In this document: positions 60,211 to 64,000 of the stretch, piece by piece
How positions within the stretch are numbered: position 1 is the first letter of the stretch
How the letters are laid out: each line of letters starts with the position of its first letter
Source of the DNA: Squalus acanthias
Lineage: Eukaryota
Direction of reading: 5' to 3'
DNA: 64,000 nucleotides
Assembly: GCA_030390025.1 (NCBI GenBank)
Contig: CM059437.1
Location: 94,426,001 to 94,490,000, forward strand
Translations under genes and position numbers: made by a program
The notes under the pieces: generated by a model
What the model saw: only the letters and a program-made list of their open reading frames with translations
What the model was told of the DNA's origin: nothing
Databases searched by the model: none

Positions 60211-62044
60211 AAGTAACTGAAGTGAAGTGTTTTGTGTGTAATTCATGCAATCGCCTGGTCCAGCAGCACTCTTGCATGCAGGTCTCCGCTTCCACAGGGT
60301 TGAATAGTTAACAGCAGAGAAATTGAAATTTGACAGCCTTCCATAAAAACTCAGTCATATCCTGCACCCAAAAAATATATACCCCGAGTTATTTTGATAG
60401 GATTATGGCAGCTGTAAGCAATAATCCAGGTAGTCTAAACAGAAGCAAAGCTGTTCTTCCAGTCAACACCCTGGTTTACTCCTATTTTCACACACTTGAG
60501 TAAGTACATTCGAAGTTCCTCTTGCGGCACCATTTGCTTGACAGTGGCGTTAGGTAATTTTCACTTGCTGGCAAAGGTAGACAAAAAGGGCTTTATGAGT
60601 CTACAATAGTTAAACAATCTTGACTGAAGGAAGGTTGCCTTCAATTATACAAACCTGGACATCGAAGGAATTGAAATGGTTCACTTCAGCTCTGATTGAT
60701 CAGGAATAGCTTCTAGTCTAAGCATAAACAAGACTATCAATATTTTCAGGATGTACCAACATCATCTTACAAAAGGGGTTAGAGTTTGACAGACATGCCT
60801 TCAGACTTTTAAAATACCATGCTGATGACTTCTTGGGGAACTGAGGGAACTTTTAGAGAAGGCCAGCTCTGCTCGAGGTGTTTTTCATTGTTTCCACAAC
60901 AAAGTAAAAAGCTTTACAGTCAATCCCAAAATGCAGACATTATTATTTATAGCAGCTGCCGTGTGTCTGTAAGATTAAAGATTTTGCAACTAAATTGCTG
61001 ACATAGTTCCACAGAATGAGTCATATCTTAACCATGAAACCACTTTTGATTTCAAACCAGTTGTAGATTCTGCACATCTTAATATAGAAAAACCAAACTG
61101 ACCAAGTACCCAAAGGGAATTTGCACTTTTGTGATTGAGCAACTGACGATTCTTAATGAATGTACATGCCAAAGTGACCACAACGATGATTCTCTATCCC
61201 ACATCCTTTAAACAGCATTTACACAAGGGGAGTTACTCCACTCGACTGCAGGCCTACTCTATTCCCGTTTACAATACCACATATTGGGGACCTCAGATTG
61301 CAATGATACGTTATTACCACACACTATCATCCGCTCGTCTTGTGTATGGAAGTGTGTGGCATATATTTCAACAGGGATTCAGAAGTGACTGCAGTGACCA
61401 TTTTCACAAAGGCAAGCAGTTGGGGTTGAATTGTGTGTTAGTGGAACGAGTCCCAAGGACAAACCTTACTGCCCTTTCATGGTGTGGAGTGCAATCTGTT
61501 AATGAAGATCGAGTGATGTCTTAAATAAGGACAGGCCAGGTTGTAGAACTTAACATTTTCTCTATGCAAATTAAGTCATTTCTCTTGACTGATATGGGAA
61601 GTCTACAGGGACCTTCCCAATTGACATTACAATGCCACATGGCCATTTAAAATCATCAGTTCTCCATGGCTTTCAACAACTTGAAAACTGGAAATATTTT
61701 GTGTACGCTTCTCTAAGATCCCAAGCAACCTGTTGTCACAGAGTGAATAGAGACCTATCACAACCATCATGTTACTTTCCCTGCTTTGAAGAATTTAGGA
61801 ATAATATTAATTATACACATAGATAGATGGTGGTAAATTATGGACAAGGCCCTAGTATTGTGTGATTCAACGACATCAGAATTTATTCCTGGGCATTCAT
61901 AAGTCCACAAACAGTTTTCCCCCTTATGGTTGTAGGGAAAAGAGTATGTGGTGTGCCAAACCCGAATGGCATCAGTTGTCACCAGTCTTCTAATTGCCAC
62001 TGATTTGCAGTTTGTTACTCCCCATGCATTTCACACCTTGAACC

Positions 62045-64000
62045 TCTTCTTTTTCTTCTTAGGCAGTCCCTCGGAACCGAAGATGACTTGCTTCCACATT
62101 AAAAATGAGTTCTCAGGTGACTGATGAGTCCAATGTGGGACCTACAGTCTCTGTCACAGGTGGGGCAGACGGTGGTTGAAGGGGCAGGTGGGTGGGGTGC
62201 TTGGGTTGACGTGCGCTCCTTCCGCTGTTTGCGCTTGGCTTCCGCTTGCTCCCGGCGATGAGACGTGAGGTATTCGGCGCCTTCCCGGATGCTTCTCCTT
62301 CACTTTGTACGGTCTTGAGCCAGGGATTCCCAGGTGTCGGTGGGGATGTTGCACTTTTTCAAGGAGGCTTTGAGGGTGTCCTTGAAGCGTTTCCTCTGCC
62401 CACCTGGGGCTCTCTTGCCGTGTCGGAGCTCCGAGTAGAGCGCTTGTTTTGGGAGTCTCGTATCGGGCATGCGGACGATGTGACCCATCCATCGGAGCTG
62501 AGCGAGCGTGGTCAAAGCTTCGATGCTGGGGATGTTGGCCTGAGCGAGAACACTGACGTTGGTGCGCCTATCCTGCCAATGGATTTGCAGGATCTTGCGG
62601 AGGCAGCGTTGGTGGTACATCTCCAGTGCTTTGAGGTGCCTGCTGTACATGGTCCATGTCTCTGAGGCATACAGGAGGGCAGGTATTACTGCTGCTCTGT
62701 AGACCATGAGCTTGGTGCCGGGTTTGAGGTCCTGGTCTTCAAACACTCTCTTCCTCAGGCGACCGAAGGCTGCACTGGCACACTGAAAGCGGTGTTGGAC
62801 TTTGTCATCGACGTCTGCCCTTGTTGACAGTAGGCTCCCGAGGTATGGAAAGTGGTCCACGGTTGTCCAAGGCCTGGTCATGGATTATGATAATCGGGGG
62901 GCAGTACTGTGTGGCGGGGGCAGGTTGGTAGAGGCCCTTTGTCTTACGGATGTTTAGTGTAAGGCCCATGCTCTCGTACGCTTCGGTGAAGGTGTTAACG
63001 ATGGTTTGGAGTTCGACCTCCGAGTGTGCGCAGACGCAAGCGTCGTCTGCATACTGTAATTTGACGACAGAGGAAGGGACGACCTTGGACCTGGACTGGA
63101 GGCGACAGAGGTTGAACAGTTTCCCGTTTGTTCTGTAAATTAGCTCCACTCCAGCGGGGAGCTTACTGAGGGTGAGATGGAGCATTGCCGCAAGGAAGAT
63201 CGAGAAGAGCGTTGGTGCGATGACACAGCCTTGCTTGACCCCAGTCCGTACAGGAATTGGGTCTGTGGTGGAACCGTTGGTCAGGATCACGGCTTGCATG
63301 TCGTCGTGAAGCAGGCGGAGGATGGTGACAAACTTTTGAGGGCAGCCGAATTTGAGGAGGACACTCCATAATCCCTCACGATTGACAGTGTTAAAGGCCT
63401 TTGTGAGGTCAAAGAAGGCTATGTACAGCGGTTGGTGCTGTTCCCTGCATTTCTCTTGTAATTGGCGTGAGGTGAAGATCATGTCCATTGTGCCCCTTAG
63501 TGGGCGGAATCCGCATTGCGACTCTGGGAGGAGCTCTTCAGCCACTGGGAGAAGGCGATTGAGGAGGATTCTTGCGATGACTTTCCCTGTGGCAGACAGC
63601 AGGGAAGCTCCTCTGTAATTACCGCAATCGGACTTGTCACCTTTCTTGAAGATGGTCACAATTACGGCATCTCTGAGATCCCCTGGCATGCTCTCCTCCT
63701 TCCAGATAAGAGAAATTAGTTTATGAATTCGCGCCAGTAGTGCTTCTCCGCCATGCTTTAGCGCCTCGGCAGGGATTCCATCTGCTCCTGAGGCCTTGTT
63801 GTTCTTCAGTTGTCAGATGGCCTTTTCAACCTCATGGGGTTGTGCTGAGATGGTGGCGGGTAGCATGCTGCGGGATGGAGTTGAGGACACTCGCGTCGAA
63901 GACAGAGTCTCGGTTAAGGAGATCTTCTAAGTGCTCCTTCCAGCGGGCACTGACTGCCTCCCTGTCCTTGATGAGTACCTCTCCGTTCTTGGCCCGCATT
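62045..64000 (-). mobile_element. RTE-clade LINE, 3' ~2 kb, continuing beyond the window end
   Basis: GNYRG.SLLS..GKV, LPESQCGFRP.RGT.DMIF..RQLQEKCREQ, FFDLTKAF, GVKQGCVIAPTLF, LQYADD; frameshift near 62880, stop at 62300; (gaa)n-like tail. Confidence 0.95.

Overview
Vertebrate genomic DNA, almost certainly from a cartilaginous fish (shark/ray): it carries an HE1-type V-SINE, SacSINE1-like DeuSINEs and CR1/L2/RTE LINEs typical of elasmobranchs. The window appears to lie inside two very large introns of one minus-strand gene. The only host coding sequence I can support is a 30-nt, phase-0 exon (24305-24334, CDSESDIEDK) matching exon 5 of the AUTS2 family, most likely FBRSL1. The rest is intronic: CR1, L2 and RTE LINE pieces, four SINE families, a full-length but frameshifted Tigger/pogo (DD32D) transposon, hAT- and Harbinger-type MITEs, and unique stretches that look regulatory. 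The most interesting signal is a ~135-nt Penelope-type mini-element present four times. Each copy begins at a minimal hammerhead-ribozyme motif. One copy forms a fold-back insertion with a 15-bp target-site duplication (TSD); another captured two pieces of its own downstream flank. I found no rRNA, true tRNA genes or CRISPR arrays, and most short ORFs in the track are spurious or repeat-derived. All family assignments come from motif recognition by eye, not database searches, and boundaries of degenerate repeats are approximate.
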